DNA of 64,000 nucleotides from Styela clava (taxonomy: Eukaryota), in assembly GCF_964204865.1 (NCBI RefSeq), contig NC_135256.1:9734001-9798000 (forward strand), read 5' to 3'. The position numbers and the translations under genes were made by a program. How positions within the stretch are numbered: position 1 is the first letter of the stretch; each line of letters begins with the position of its first letter. Below the pieces are notes generated by a model, which saw only the letters and a list, made by a program, of their open reading frames with translations, was not told where the DNA came from and ran no database searches. Positions 34,709 through 48,653 of the stretch are shown in pieces.

Positions 34709-36456
34709 TCAATTAGTTACGCACGTTGGTTAAATGCCGGTAGTGAATAAATGGAAAATGTTCGTGTAGATGTGTTGTGTTCTTCTAGTTCCAAACAGGA
34801 TATGTATAATTATCTTTCTTGAGCGATTTAACATTTATAAAGTGCTAGTCGGTTAGTATAGTTGTTTCTGTTATAATAACGAGGATTTAGGTGGAAGCAG
34901 GTTTATTCAAACTCGCCTGGACCGCCTGCAGACTGACAGTTCTGCAGTTGCCAGATTGCAGAGTTGGTATTTCTGTATTTTGAGTGTTAGAATGTTGAGA
35001 TTGTTTTGTTTGTAATACTGTTGAATCTTGTCGAAAGTCTATTTTATGTCTGTGTTATGCAGCCCAGATGGAATCACAGATTTATGCTGTCACGTGATTA
35101 CATTTGTACATACAACAATTTATTGAAACCTTTTTGTTTCGAGTCATATCGCCATACAGATACAGACATACTCTGATACCGGTACTGCTGTACTGCAATA
35201 CTCCATTAGACCATAATATGGTACTGTATTAATCTTTTACTATGCTGAAAATATGCACTTGGAGGCAGTGACACCAGAATACTCATTTCTGCGTTTAGTT
35301 ATGTAGGCTACCTGCAAGAATTTGGAAAAACATCTCATGACAGCATGACTGCAAGTTTATCGAAAGCGAGTATTTTGTTCCTCAAACCAGGAATTGATTG
35401 TACGTGCATGCTGCCATGGGCAGATTTGTAAACAGCGAAATAGTTTGCTCTAATCGCAGGGAATCTATATCTTATCAAACATTGCCGAACTTAACAAATC
35501 AAATAAGCTCAAGTTTTGAAGTTTAAAGCAATATTACATAAATTTGCTTAATTCTTGAATCTTTTAACTCTGAACCCAACAAACATATCGCAAGTTTAAA
35601 ATTAGCAACTTTAGCTTCCAAAAAGTTAAAGTTTCCAACTTGATTTAGATGAGGTCAGCATATAAATTTGTACAGAACACGAATCAGCAAATGATATACA
35701 CAAAATAGAATCCAAATTGAGCACCGGAATTAATTTTGCAGATATGCTGGATATGTGTAAATTTAATAGTGGTTTACTGATTGTTTCTAAACATCACTGT
35801 CACAACTAGTAAAATAACAAAATGTAAAAAAGAGAATCTTGTGTAAACTTGTATGCAAATATGTTATCTTTTTTTCATGACAAATCAGTTATTACCACTT
35901 CATGGCCGCTTCATCTCATTTTATGGTGCTATTACCGGTATATTCACAAATTCATGTACCAGATTTCAGTTTATTATGCAAAATTATATTTACTTAAACC
36001 TGAAACCTAACCCTAAATCAATCAAAACTGTATCCATAAGGAAAATGTTCTAACTTAACCCAAAAGTGTGTCACCATCAGAGGCAGCCCTCCCCTCCCTT
36101 GGTTTGTGGCAGCATAATTTTACCTGCCATGGTTTTCAATTTGTTGCCGCAGTACCCCGCCTCACGCCATTTGTTTGTGACAGCTGAAATATCAGCCTCT
36201 ATGGTTTGACCGTAGAAGCCATGGTTTGGAAATCCCGCCATGGTTTTGCGGCAGCTTCAGATGTCAGAAGTTGCTTAAAAAACTGCACTTGGTAAAGTGG
36301 GGCAAAAGTTTTTCTCTTTATAACTGTTAAAAAATTTTGATTTGTGTAATCAATACCATTTTCTTAAAACAGTTTATAATTCATTGTTAGGGCCTTGGGC
36401 CAACTCTAAAAATAACAATTCTGTAATATTGGAAGGAAATAGGACAACAATACAAA

Positions 36457-39400
36457 ATGGTTGGAAAATTTTGGTTATTGGCAATCTTCGGATTCTGCCT
36501 TTTATTTTGTGAGTATTCAACATTTATGAAATTGTTCTTATGAATTTGGGTTAAAAAGTAATCAAACTTTCATTGATTTTTTTTGTCGTTTTTCTAGCAT
36601 CTGTAAAAGCCGACGAGACCGAAGATACACCTAAAGTTGACCCAGATATCGGAAAAAGTCAAGAAGCATCAAAAACTGATGATGAAGTAGTTGCAAGGTT
36701 CTAATAAACATGTTATGGTTTGCTGGATATAGAGTGCATTTTTACAGATTGTTAAATGTGATAACTTACTACTAAATACTAAATAGAAAATGATGTATAT
36801 ATTATAGATCGATTTGCTAAATTGTTGTTGTTAGTAGAAAATCTCTTTTCTCCGCAATTAATGGACCGATAAAATTTTAGTATCTAATAGAGATAGTTAT
36901 TGCTATTAGGAGGCATTTACTTTTGTGTCTGTGTTTCATCCAAAATCTTGCCATTCTCACAAATAGTCGTATAGCCCCTCCTATTGGCCATCCATTGCCT
37001 GCTGTTAGTGTATATGTTCACTTTTATTATATTTTATTCTCCAGGGAAGAAGAAGCTATTCAGATTGATGGATTGAATGCAGCACAAGTTAAACAACTTC
37101 GTGAACAAGCTGATAAACATCAATTCAAAGCTGAAGTGAACAGAATGATGAAGCTTATCATCAACTCTTTATATAGAAATAAAGAAGTAAGTTGAGACGT
37201 GTGCGTTTTCATTCACTACCTCAGGTTCCCTATTTTGTTTCTGGCCTTAGTATGCAGTAAATAAATTTTTTTACTAGTACTATTTTATACCATCCAAAAG
37301 GAAAAACTTTTTTGAGTAAAAGTTATAAAACCTAATGCAAAATGACTTTCATCCTGAAATGAATCATTCTCGGAAGCTTGAGTTTTATATTTATTTGATT
37401 TTTAGGTAATTTACCTATTAATTTATCTTTTTAGATCTTCCTCAGAGAATTGATATCTAATGCTTCAGATGCTTTGGACAAGATTCGACTTCTGTCATTG
37501 ACGGATCAAGAGGCTTTGAAAGCAACTGATGAACTTTCTATTAAAATTAAGGTGAATTTTTAGTGTTTTACCAGATTTGAGCTAAATTTCCAGGAATTCA
37601 ATAACTCAATTAAGTATCGCAAATAACTGTTAGAGAAATAAATCTACCTCATTTAGTGAGGTGAACCAGTTGAAAATATTTTATTTGGTTGAATAGGCCT
37701 ATTCTGTATGAATCGGTAGTTTTTTTGTAGTTGAATTTCAATGGTGAAATAACCGTGTTTTTTTTTCAATTTTTTTTCGAATTCAAATCACTCAAAATAG
37801 AATTAATTGCAAAATTAAATCAAAATACTGTATAATACTGCCAATTGAACCATTTTACATAAAATTTCTGTCTATACTGTAATCACAAGTTAATTTCAAT
37901 GGCGTTGATTGTAAATCTAATGGTATCATTAAATTTCAATTTAGGTTGATAAAGACAACAATATCATTCATGTCACTGATACTGGTATTGGTATGACAAA
38001 AGACCATCTCCTGAAGAACCTTGGTACAATCGCTAAATCTGGCACCAGTGAGTTTTTCGAGAAAATGAGTGACGCTTCATCGAACCAGGCAGTATCAGAT
38101 CTGATTGGTCAGTTTGGTGTCGGTTTCTATTCTTGCTTCCTTGTTGCCGACAAAGTTATTGTGACATCAAAACATAACGATGACAAACAACACATCTGGG
38201 AAAGTGACTCCGAATCTTTTTCAATCGCCGAAGACCCTCGTGGAGACACTCTCGGCAGAGGAACAACGGTTTCACTCTACCTCAAAGAAGAAGCATCTGA
38301 TTACCTTGAAATTGATACTATTCGCAACTTGGTAAGTCAACAAATTAGTCCACGTAAATAGTTTTCGACTAAAGTTAAACCGTAAATATTAGATTGATAT
38401 TTCAAATAATATGTGATTTTGATTTTGGATGTATATAGAAAACTTACATTCGACTCCCAGCTGCATTCTGACTCAGTTCCTGACCATGAAAAATTTTAAC
38501 ACATACACAGCTTCGAAATCCAAGAAAGTCAATTTTTGATTTCAAAAACTTTGGTGTACTTAATACTGTTATTAGGAAGCGCTATTAGATAACTGTTGAG
38601 GTTTTGTAGGTAATGCTAACATATATCAAAATCATCTGATACTCCTGGGAGTTTGAACATAGACTCTTTACTCTAGTGAAATCATTAGACTCCCAGCTTT
38701 AACTCAGCAATGATTTTTAATCTGTGTCTTTGTTTCTCAGATCAGAAAATATTCTCAATTCATCAACTTCCCCATCTATCTTTGGACAAGTAAGATCGAA
38801 AAAGAAGAAGTTCCCATTGAAGAGGAAGAAGATTCTGCTGAAGAGGAAGTTAAAGAGAAGGAGGAGGGAGATGAGGATGAAGCAGAGGTAAATTTTTCAC
38901 ATTAATCTACATACCTTTTTACATAACGGTTAAAATGTTAGATGTGTGCAAGATTGTCTTTACATTCTACAACAATGAATCTTCAAGAAAACGTTATGCA
39001 TCATGCAACTGCACTTTTCCACCTTGATTTACTTCATAATATCCATGGGTTTCTGTACTGTGTGATATGTAATAAAGAATTAATACTAGTATATGGTAAT
39101 TGGTAATCAAAAAAAAAACAGTTCATTTGGAACATATTGTATGAGTTCATTTTTTACGGGTCACCCTGTATGAATAGTTTATATACTTTATCTGTGCAAG
39201 CAGCTGCTGACTAAAAAGTCAGGAATTGCTATTTTTGAAAGCCAAAAAACAATTTCTGTTCGGCCTTGTGTTAAGTGATGATCATGGGTTTTTCACCTTT
39301 GACCTTTAACATGTGGCTCCAACATAGGTGGGTACAGCGCTATAGTCGTGGATGTGTGGTTGGAACCTAGGATCTTTAATTTATAAATGGCACCAACATA

Positions 39401-42400
39401 TTTAGATCTAAATCTCCAACCAGCAGTGCATGTTTGCTCACCCATGGGTTATGTTTTTTATATAGGTTGAGGAAGAAGCAGATGAAGAAAAGAAACCAAA
39501 AACTAAAACTGTCGAAAAAACTGTTTGGGATTGGGAACTTCTCAATGAAACTAAACCAATCTGGCAGAGACCAGTCAAGGAAATTACTGACGAAGAATAC
39601 AACTCTTTCTATAAGGCTATTGCTAAGGTAAAATAAAACTGGAAGATGTATGTGAATTCAAGTCATGGTTTGTGCTGTCATTCCAAAGTGAATTTTACTG
39701 ATAATATACTTTTTTTTTCTTCATATTTGAATATAATCATTCCAGGAATCCGCTGATCCACTCACCAAAACACATTTCGTAGCCGAAGGTGAAGTTTCAT
39801 TCAAATCAGTTCTTTTCATTCCTGGTGCAGCACCTAGAGATATATTCCAGGATTATGGACAGAAAAAAGTCGACAACATCAAGGTGTTGTGTTTTTAAAT
39901 ATTATTTACTCTAAATCGATTTCATTTTTATTAAAGGAAACTCACGATCCTCTTGCTCATACACATTTTTCGGCAGAAGGCGAAGTCTCGTTTCGCTGCT
40001 TGCTTTATGTACCCGAAACGCCTCCGAAGGCAATGTTTAATTCTGAAGGCAAAAGAGTCGACCATGTTAAGGTATCGCCGTCATTAGACGGTGATGTAGC
40101 GGTCAAATATGTGTCGTTTAGTACAATTTTCAAATTGTGAATATTTGAAAATTCAATAGAATTGTAGGAGTGGTAGAGTTTTTTACGTCATACTATTTCT
40201 AGCATAAAACCATTTTTTATAATTATCATATTAGATACTGGATGGCCAATGATATTTATCATGTCCATGAATTAATATTGTATTCTGCAAATATTCAGAT
40301 GTACGTCAGAAGAGTATTCATTACTGATGATTTCCAAGACATGATGCCGAAATATCTTCAATTTGTTCGTGGTGTGGTAAGTTCTATTTTGCTTTTATAT
40401 GCAAATAAGTAAACTCAGTATGACAGTAGTACTGTGTTACTTTCAATAAAATGTTTTCTCAATTTATCTGGCATATCTGATTTAAAATCGTTTAAATGTA
40501 GCATTGACTTATGAGGTCTTTGTTGAACAGCACCTAATTTAAAATATATATCATATTCGGAGTAGTAGGTTGTTTGGTTTTGGCCATCTCTGTTCACGTA
40601 AAGTTAAAAAGTTGAGGTAATATGTTGAATTGCGTTTTCTTTCATGGAGCAAAGGCACATTTACTCTACAGTATTTGGTTACTTTCAAAAATCATTAAAC
40701 AATATTAGTAATTCCATTTCTAACTAATTATAGACAAAAAGTGAGTATGCATACGTCATACGTTATTTTTGACATTGTTACTTGTATTTATAAAGGTTGA
40801 CAGTGATGATTTGCCTCTGAACGTATCTCGTGAAACACTCCAACAACACAAACTTCTTAAAGTTATCAAGAAGAAATTGGTTCGTAAAGTGCTTGACATG
40901 ATCAAAAAGATTCCCGCTGATCAATATATTGAAAAGTTCTGGAAGGAATTCGGAACAAAGTAAGCAGTGAAGTTTACGCGAATTAACTAGAAAAACACTG
41001 TTATTTAGTTGTAGTATAATGTCATTACAATTCATATTGTTGATAGAACGCTTGTTAGTTTATGTTGTATGAAGTATTCATGCAACATTCCACTCTTGAA
41101 CAAGGCTCTCCAGAATGTGTACCAATATGGAGGTAACTAATTTTGTTCACCTACTTTACATCAAGGTGTGTAAAGGAACGAAGTCAATGGGCAGGGGGTA
41201 TATTCACTTGGCTAACACAGACAGTCCCTGAACTCGTAATAGAACTTAAATAAGGAAAATTGGAATTGAATTATGACCTAACCCTAACCTGGTAGACATA
41301 CTACGGGAATACCGTCCGTGGATTGGTTCGGCATTGCCAACCCAATTTATCATTACATCCGGAGTGGGATAGTGGATATAAAACGAATCTTTTTAAATTT
41401 TAATGACAACATAGTCTTAACACCATTGAATCCAGTTTGTATTCGGAATGGTTGTAAAATAGTTAGATTTATCAAAATGACTCAATCACCATTATATAGA
41501 ATTTTTAGTCTGTATAAGCTCATGAATGAAGTGTGAGATACTTTTTAAATACTCATACAAACACTGGCGTTAAAGAGTTGACAATAGTGATGAGTTTAAC
41601 CTTTTTTTAGCACATACTACAGAATGTTATGACCTTCTGTTGCCAGACTCATTTTTACCCAGTTTCAAAATAGGATAATTTAGAACACTCATTCATTCTT
41701 TTCAGCGTGAAACTTGGTATTATGGAAGATCACAGCAACAGAACAAGACTTGCAAAACTTTTGAGGTTTTTCAGCTCAAATTCTGAAACCGATGTCACAA
41801 GTTTAGAAGAATACATTGAACGTATGAAGGAAAAGCAGGATAAAATTTATTTCTGTGCTGGCAATGGTCGCAAAGAGGTAGGTCGTTCATAATCGTTTAG
41901 GTCGTTTTGTCAAGTGCTTTTTTGGGGGTTATGGTTGGTGTTATAACCGACAATGGGTATATTTGAATAGTTTGGTATTCTGTGTCATAAGTTATTTTTC
42001 TTTCGTTATTCTAAATGATTTTATTGTATAGTAGAATCACAGTATGAAAAATTTTTGGTATTTCGTCTCGTGACTAGTCTCACGATATGCAAATTTTGCT
42101 TAAAAAATCTGGTACAAATCATATAAATACAAATCAATTCCATATAAATATGGCAAATTTTACAGAAAATATGTTATATTTTGCTAAACTGAAATTTCTT
42201 TTAGTTTGATTGTTAAGTTATGTATTTTTGGACACACTCAATCTAACAGCTTTAAAACTACCATTAAAACCTGAATTTTTTAACTCCTGTGATGTTAAAG
42301 AGCGCCGTTGTCTTTGTAATACTCTTGAAATTAAAAATCTCTCCAAATACACCCTTCTATCTTGAAACCCTCCTTATATATCCCCACCTCAAAATTTATG

Positions 42401-45400
42401 TTTTAATTTCACACAGGTTGAAAACTCCCCATTTGTTGAGCGACTTTTGAAGAAAGGATACGAAGTCATTTATCTTACCGAACCTGTGGATGAATACACC
42501 ATACAAGCTCTTCCTGAATTCGACGGAAAACGATTTCAGAATGTTGCCAAAGAAGGATTGGGATTGGATGATGGAGAGAAAGCTAAAGAACGCAAAGAAG
42601 CTTTAGAAAAAGAATTCAAACCTCTGCAGGATTGGCTGAAAGAGACTGCTCTAGCTGATCAGGTAGAGGCATTAATATTGATAAATTTGATCTATTTGAC
42701 TGGTCATGTAATGATTATTTATAAGTGGTGTGATCAGATTTCAAAAACTAAACATTTCTTCGATTTGTTAAGATTGAAAAGGCCGTCATCACAGAACGTT
42801 TGACAGATTCTCCTTGTGCTCTGGTTGCAAGTCAATATGGATGGTATGTAATTAGGATTTTTCGATAGATCTTTTTAACATTAGTCATATTGGTTCCTCT
42901 ATCTACTCCCTATCTATATCCAAGAATAAACTAGTGATATGATTACCTTTCATTTATTACGATGCATCTGACTGAAGTAAATATCTGGCTAGCTATTCCC
43001 ATAACTGACATGGACTGGTCACCGGAATGTATGAAAATTCTATCCTATGTTTGATTTAGAATCTTATGTTGTGCAATGTGCATTATGAAATCGAACAATT
43101 TTGAAATAAGAAAGAAAAAATTGGTAACCATCATCCAAAATTCAGACTCTCTTTTTATAATATGTACCGAATGTATGTTTTAATGCATATTTGTTTGAAC
43201 CAGGTCCGGTAATATGGAGCGTATCATGAAGGCTCAAGCTTATAAGTCTCAATCAGATAGTAGTTCAAAGTAAGAAAACTATTTTTTTGTACTTCAACAC
43301 TGATTCTTTTATTGTAATAAAGGTCTGGAAATATGGAACGTTTGCAAAGTGCTCAACGATATGCTACTAAAAAAGAATCGTGAGTCGCGTAGCTCCCAGT
43401 TTTGGAAGACTGAAATTTAAACCATTAGATCAATTTTGATCCAATGTACAAAAATGTAGCTTGTAGTCATTTTAGACATAGCTTTAAATATATTAGAGTA
43501 TTATATGTCATTTGATGACTATTATTTGACTTTTGAATGTGTAGTGATATTTGACTTATGATTTCAGTTTCTATGCAAATCAGAAGAAAACTTTAGAAAT
43601 TAATCCAAGACATCCTTTGATCAAGAATCTTCTGGAAAGGGTTGAGGTAATGATTTATTCAGTGTATTGTTACTGAATTTATTACATTTTATCGAATTTT
43701 GGTTATTGTTCGTGAATCTTGACAGTAAAACTCTCATGAAAAGGGGTGTCTACTAAAATCTTGGTCACTGATAAAGCATGTGTTGCTCTTTGATGTGTGA
43801 CTGGATTTCTGCAGCTTTCCGGTCGGTTCTGCTCCCGGTTTTGGTTTCAGACTTGAGACTTCTGCATTGAGCAAATGTGTATTAAAAACCAGTGCTAGGA
43901 GGCTGGATTAATTGACTTGGACTATCTGAATTTATGGACTTGTAACCGCTACTGTGAAAACCTGGGCAATATGTCAATTTTCAGTAAATCTTCAATAGCT
44001 CATGGTAATCTATGTCAATTTTTGAACGTATGTGCAGTTATTTTTACCCTTACTTTGTCTATACATATAAAAGACAAAAAAAGGCTGCCTATGTAATATT
44101 TTAGTACGCTTAGTATTGGGGCTTTCGTAAAGTCTCAAATTTTCGAATTGCAAAAAAAATTATCTACACCACACATGGTTTGTTGGCTCCTGCAAGTGTA
44201 TTGAATGAAACTTGGAAATAAACACTGATCGAAAGATATTTAGATAACTTGACTTCAACGAGACTTTATGAACATCTGTTATATTTGTAGATTATTTTTT
44301 AAATTGAATGATTGAGTTGTAACCTCATACATATTTTTGTTTAGGCTGATAATGCTGATGATCAGGCAAAATCAATTGCGCAAGTTATGTTTGATGCAGC
44401 AGTATTAAGATCTGGATATACATTGAAAGATTCTGCTGATTTCTCCAAACGTATTCTCTCAATGCTCTACAAGAATCTCAACATTGATCCAGACACTCCG
44501 GTAAGTTCGTGAAGCCATTTGTGATAATATTATATAGCCAGAAAGTAAAAAGTAGCCTTTTAGGGTTGCATATAGATTACACATTAATTAAACATAAAAT
44601 TGTCATTTTCCATCTCTGTTTGGAAGTTTCAGTCTCTACACACAAAAATTGTGAAAGTCCAAGGTTAACATAGCTTGATAGTATTTTTATTTCCCAAATT
44701 TTATAGTTTATAACTATAACAAACTTTGGAGCGATGATCCGCAGCAGGAAGCACATTCTGCCTCTCTGTTCGCTTTGACAAATGATGATAACTCTTTTTA
44801 ATGCTTGTCCTATTTTTCCAAAACGTGACATAAATCTTGTAATGCATGCACACATGCAAAGTTCCAACGCCTGTTGCTTGTGCCAGGGCTGGGGATCTGG
44901 AACCATGAGATTTTGTTTTAGCTAGAGCCAAGCTTACCCTAATAGATAAAGTCGGAGACATAGCTGCCAGAAATTTTAGTGTTTCTAGCTCCCAACTATC
45001 TGATGATTATGTTTCACATTTATAAATTTCTAATACCTCATAAAAATAATAAAATCTAACCTTTTCAGTTTTATATTTACTTTTCCGATTTCATTTTAAA
45101 CCATAATTTAAAAAGTTTGAAGTTAAATTTGTATTATACCATTGAGTTTCAAACCAGCTCCACACCTCGGCGGCTTGTGCAACTAGCTATTCCCAATTTT
45201 CAAATCCATCAAATATATATGGATGTGATTTTAGATTCAAACGTTCAATGGGCTATGCAAAAGTTTGCAATAAAAAGTAGTTTTGTCTTCGAGTACTTTT
45301 CTGGATTCCTTGTTAGGCGGGATTTTCAAATATTATTTCTCTAATTCAGATTGAGGAGGAGCCTGAAGATGAGGAAAAAGAAGAGGAAGATGAGGAGGAA

Positions 45401-45511
45401 GTAGATGCTGATGAGGAGGATGAAGAAGAAGATGATGGTGAGGATGAAGTGGAAGAGGGAGATGGTGAAGAAGAAAAGAAAACCGAAGAAGAATCTCATG
45501 ACGAATTGTAA
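36457..45511 (+). CDS. HSP90B1: Endoplasmin / GRP94 (ER Hsp90), about 812 aa, with alternative duplicated exon 8
   Basis: Exons 36457-36508, 36598-36697, 37045-37186, 37435-37551, 37945-38331, 38741-38887, 39466-39627, [39746-39883 or 39937-40071], 40299-40376, 40796-40959, 41706-41877, 42417-42662, 42773-42843, 43204-43269, 43568-43646, 44345-44500, 45350-45511. Signal peptide, [12 protein letters not shown] pre-N segment, [40 protein letters not shown], acidic tail ending HDEL. Confidence 0.97.
39937..40071 (+). CDS. HSP90B1: HSP90B1 alternative exon 8B (tandem duplicate of exon 8A at 39746-39883)
   Basis: ttaaag|[45 protein letters not shown]|gtatcg; open frame, phase 0-0, 23 of 46 aligned positions identical to exon 8A. 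Confidence 0.85.
41117..41312. repeat. Dispersed repeat, inverted copy of 18510-18692, in an HSP90B1 intron
   Basis: Direct sequence comparison; contains CCTAACCCTAACC. Confidence 0.75.
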
Positions 45512-46895
45512 AGCTGAAAAAACCTCACTAGTCACTGTACGTACGGACAACTACGTGAAAGCCTGTTGTTGCCAGCACATAAAAAAAATCATGATTTGAA
45601 AAATATGAACAATTTGTGAACAATTTTCATATTTTTCAAAACTATCTAATGACCAAACTTCGTTATACATCCATTTTTCGTTTATAAAGAAGCCTTATTT
45701 GTTGTCTGACGTCCATACAAAATTCATTGCAGTTTAAAGTTTGTTCAGACTTTATTAAGTTTTCAAATTTCATATAGAAGCTGGTAGTAATTGTTCTATT
45801 ACTGTAACCAATATGCGCGCTAAGCTAGAAACTGAAGTACTAGTATATTATTTGATATCTTCATAGTAGAAAAGAGTGATTTATGACTTCCTTTTGTTTT
45901 AACATACCTAGGATTGAAGCACTTTTGCCCTTCGCATACCTTCAAGTGCTAACTTTCTGTTATTTATATACCGGCGATCGTAGAGTTGAAATTATTGTGT
46001 TTGTTTATTTCAGTTAAGTTTCAGAGGTCACGATTCAGAGATTTGAAATTGGAATACATTCTAAGCAACATTATCAACGAACAAAACTTGCTTTATTTGT
46101 GATTCAATTTCAAATCTTTGCGTGATCTGTTAACATCGTGATATATAACTTTGTGCAGTTTTCAAGAATTACTTCGTTCATGGGGTGGCCTCTGGTCTAA
46201 TAATGTTTTGAAAGTTATTGCATTTGCCTGTTCTGTTTGTTGGGAATGGTTTGTTAGTGCTAATTTCAGTCTATTGAAGAAATATTCTTTGGTCAGCCGT
46301 TATTCTATAGAAGTATCGGTGTGGTGCAAACCGTGCTTTCCTTGCACCCCCACCATAAAATTTCATAACTGTATTCCAATATCCAAAATGTGGCGCATAT
46401 ACCGGCTCAGATAGTCTGTCAGATATATAACACTTTTGTGGGATACAAATAGCTTTATTGCTAATACCAAATAAATATTTACCATCCCCTAAAATTGGAA
46501 ATGACTCCCATGAAGGGAAAAACTGGGGAGCATACTGGATGCGAAGATGCCAAAGTGTAATTGCGAGTCTATTTGCAAGTTCACATGTACGCTAAGGCTG
46601 GATAACACATACCAGGTGTTGGGAGAATTGTCAATTAATATCTGAAGATATCTATAACGCCAGAAGCATTTGAACAGTCAAATGGACCCCGTGAAAGTTG
46701 TAAGTAAACATTGGGTTTGCCACTTCGGTATAGATTGTGTCAATTCATTGCAATTTAATTTTATACCCTGGCCACATAAGACGCGACTTTCCGTTAGTTA
46801 CCGGTCTATATTGGGCCCGAGAATAGTTTATCCATTATGTCTTCCACGGATCGGCGCGTGGCACGAGTCTAGTCTGAAACGCAATTGCATATGTC

Positions 46896-47071
46896 CAGTG
46901 GTGGGATTCAGCCGGTTCGTACCAGTTCTATAGAACCGTCTCAAGGAATTTTATGAGATCAGCGAACCGGTTAGCATCACTGGGTACTGTTAATGTTCTG
47001 TTTGCAACAGAACCGGCTAATAAAAAAGACTTTTGTGAAGGAACCGGCTGACAAAAAATTTGAATCCACGG
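46896..47071. mobile_element. Short non-autonomous hAT-type MITE (copy 2, inverted relative to 1078-1256)
   Basis: Begins CAGTGGTGGGATTCAGCCGGTTCG; TSD CATATGTC/CATATATC. Confidence 0.8.
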
Positions 47072-47497
47072 CATATATCGTTTCAAAAATTACGTATATA
47101 TTGTGGATTTTGTATATTATCCGGGCATCGAATAAATTAATACTAAAGCACCCATGAGTCGTTCGACGACGAGCGATATCTAAATATGAGGAAGAATATA
47201 AACTAAAACATCCGTTCACTACAAACATCATTAAAATACCAATCAATTCCTAAAATATAGCTCAATTCCTAAAATATAGTTATCGCGTGCAAAATAAGTG
47301 AGTTTGTTTCAACAGTGTCATCAGATCAAATAGCATAACATGATATACGAATGTAAAAAATGAAATAGAAACTTAGTCTGGAGCAAATTTACAAGCAAAT
47401 TGTTCATTATCACATCATCATCTAGGACTGAGCGAAATAGACATTAAATCATATTTCAAAAAACTGCATATTGCTATTCATATAAAACAGGGGGGTT

Positions 47498-47598
47498 GGA
47501 TAGGATAGGATTTACATATTTATCCGAGATGAGAGGAAAACCTATAGACGGCTTGATCATAGTATTTATTTACGGGCGAACCACGGCCTCTCGTCTGC
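47498..47598 (-). mobile_element. SINE 3' end with (ATCCT)n tail
   Basis: Reverse complement GAGAGGCCGTGGTTCG...GATAAATATGTAAATCCTATCCTATCC matches the 3' end of 58586-58857. Confidence 0.7.
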
Positions 47599-48653
47599 TC
47601 ACATACAAATTATACGCCAAAGTTCATCGGTAAATCACGACAAAATATCCCGAAAAACGAACAATAGAAACAAAGCAGAAAACTAATTAAAAAAAAAATA
47701 AACTGTGTATCTCTCATACCCATTGTATTAATTTCTAAAACGCTTAAACTACCAGTAAGCGGTAGTTATCGAAAAGTATTTATCTTATTGAGTCTTTCAA
47801 GTAAAACGGTACGATTTTTGGGTAATTATCGGACGAACATATTAGATGGTCCTTCAGTTTGCCCTCAGCAAAGAAAGGTACTCATCCGTAACAAAATGCG
47901 GCGTCACATCCGCTCCACGTAGCAGAACTCCGATGAATGAAAAACATTAGTTTGTGACTCGACGTCGGTTGCTGACGTTGCTAGTGGTCTAGTTGGCAGG
48001 GTTGATAAAGTGTTCTGATTTTTCGAAGATGATATTTTAGTTAGTTAGTGTTGGGTTGCGTTTAATTTAGTCATCGATAATATGATATTGAGAAAGATAA
48101 ATGAAATTTCAGTGTTTTGATTGTCCATTTGCCAGATCTGCAGATTGTTGGAGGACAGCCATTTTACAGTTTTAGTTTTTCAAATGTCCAGACTTGAAGA
48201 ATTAATATGGATTTATTAATATGTGATTTGATACAATGTACTGTGTTTTCAGGTTTATTCCTAATCAATCAAACTGTATCTCAGAGTAAGATTAAAAACC
48301 GGACCGACCTTTGGATAGCGCTACTTGTTCCTTTTTTTATATTGTAAGTGAAAGTCAAAATTGAATTTTACGTAATTTAGCTGTTACCCTATACAGTTAT
48401 ACACAATTTTTTCTTTTATGCTGTCCCCTCCCCTCATAGCTTTGAATTCTTGTTTGGAAGTTTTGTTCGAGTAAAATAAATCACATAACATTTTGAATTG
48501 TTGAATTTTTCAAAAAATGTCCGCTTCTCAATTGGCAATCTGCCTCGCATATTAACATCTGTTTTGTATAAAACAAATAGAGATTTTCTAATGTAATATT
48601 CAACTTTTTCACACTAGGGTTCAGGAGTGCACGACCGTGAACGGACAAAGACT

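Noticed and set aside
39937-40071. Exon 8B as an assembly artefact or dead duplicate
   Set aside because: Too diverged from 8A to be an allelic or collapsed copy, yet it retains frame, splice sites and conserved residues with silent changes.
45497-45511. HDEL rather than KDEL at the GRP94 C-terminus
   Set aside because: A common ER-retrieval variant in invertebrates; not unusual.
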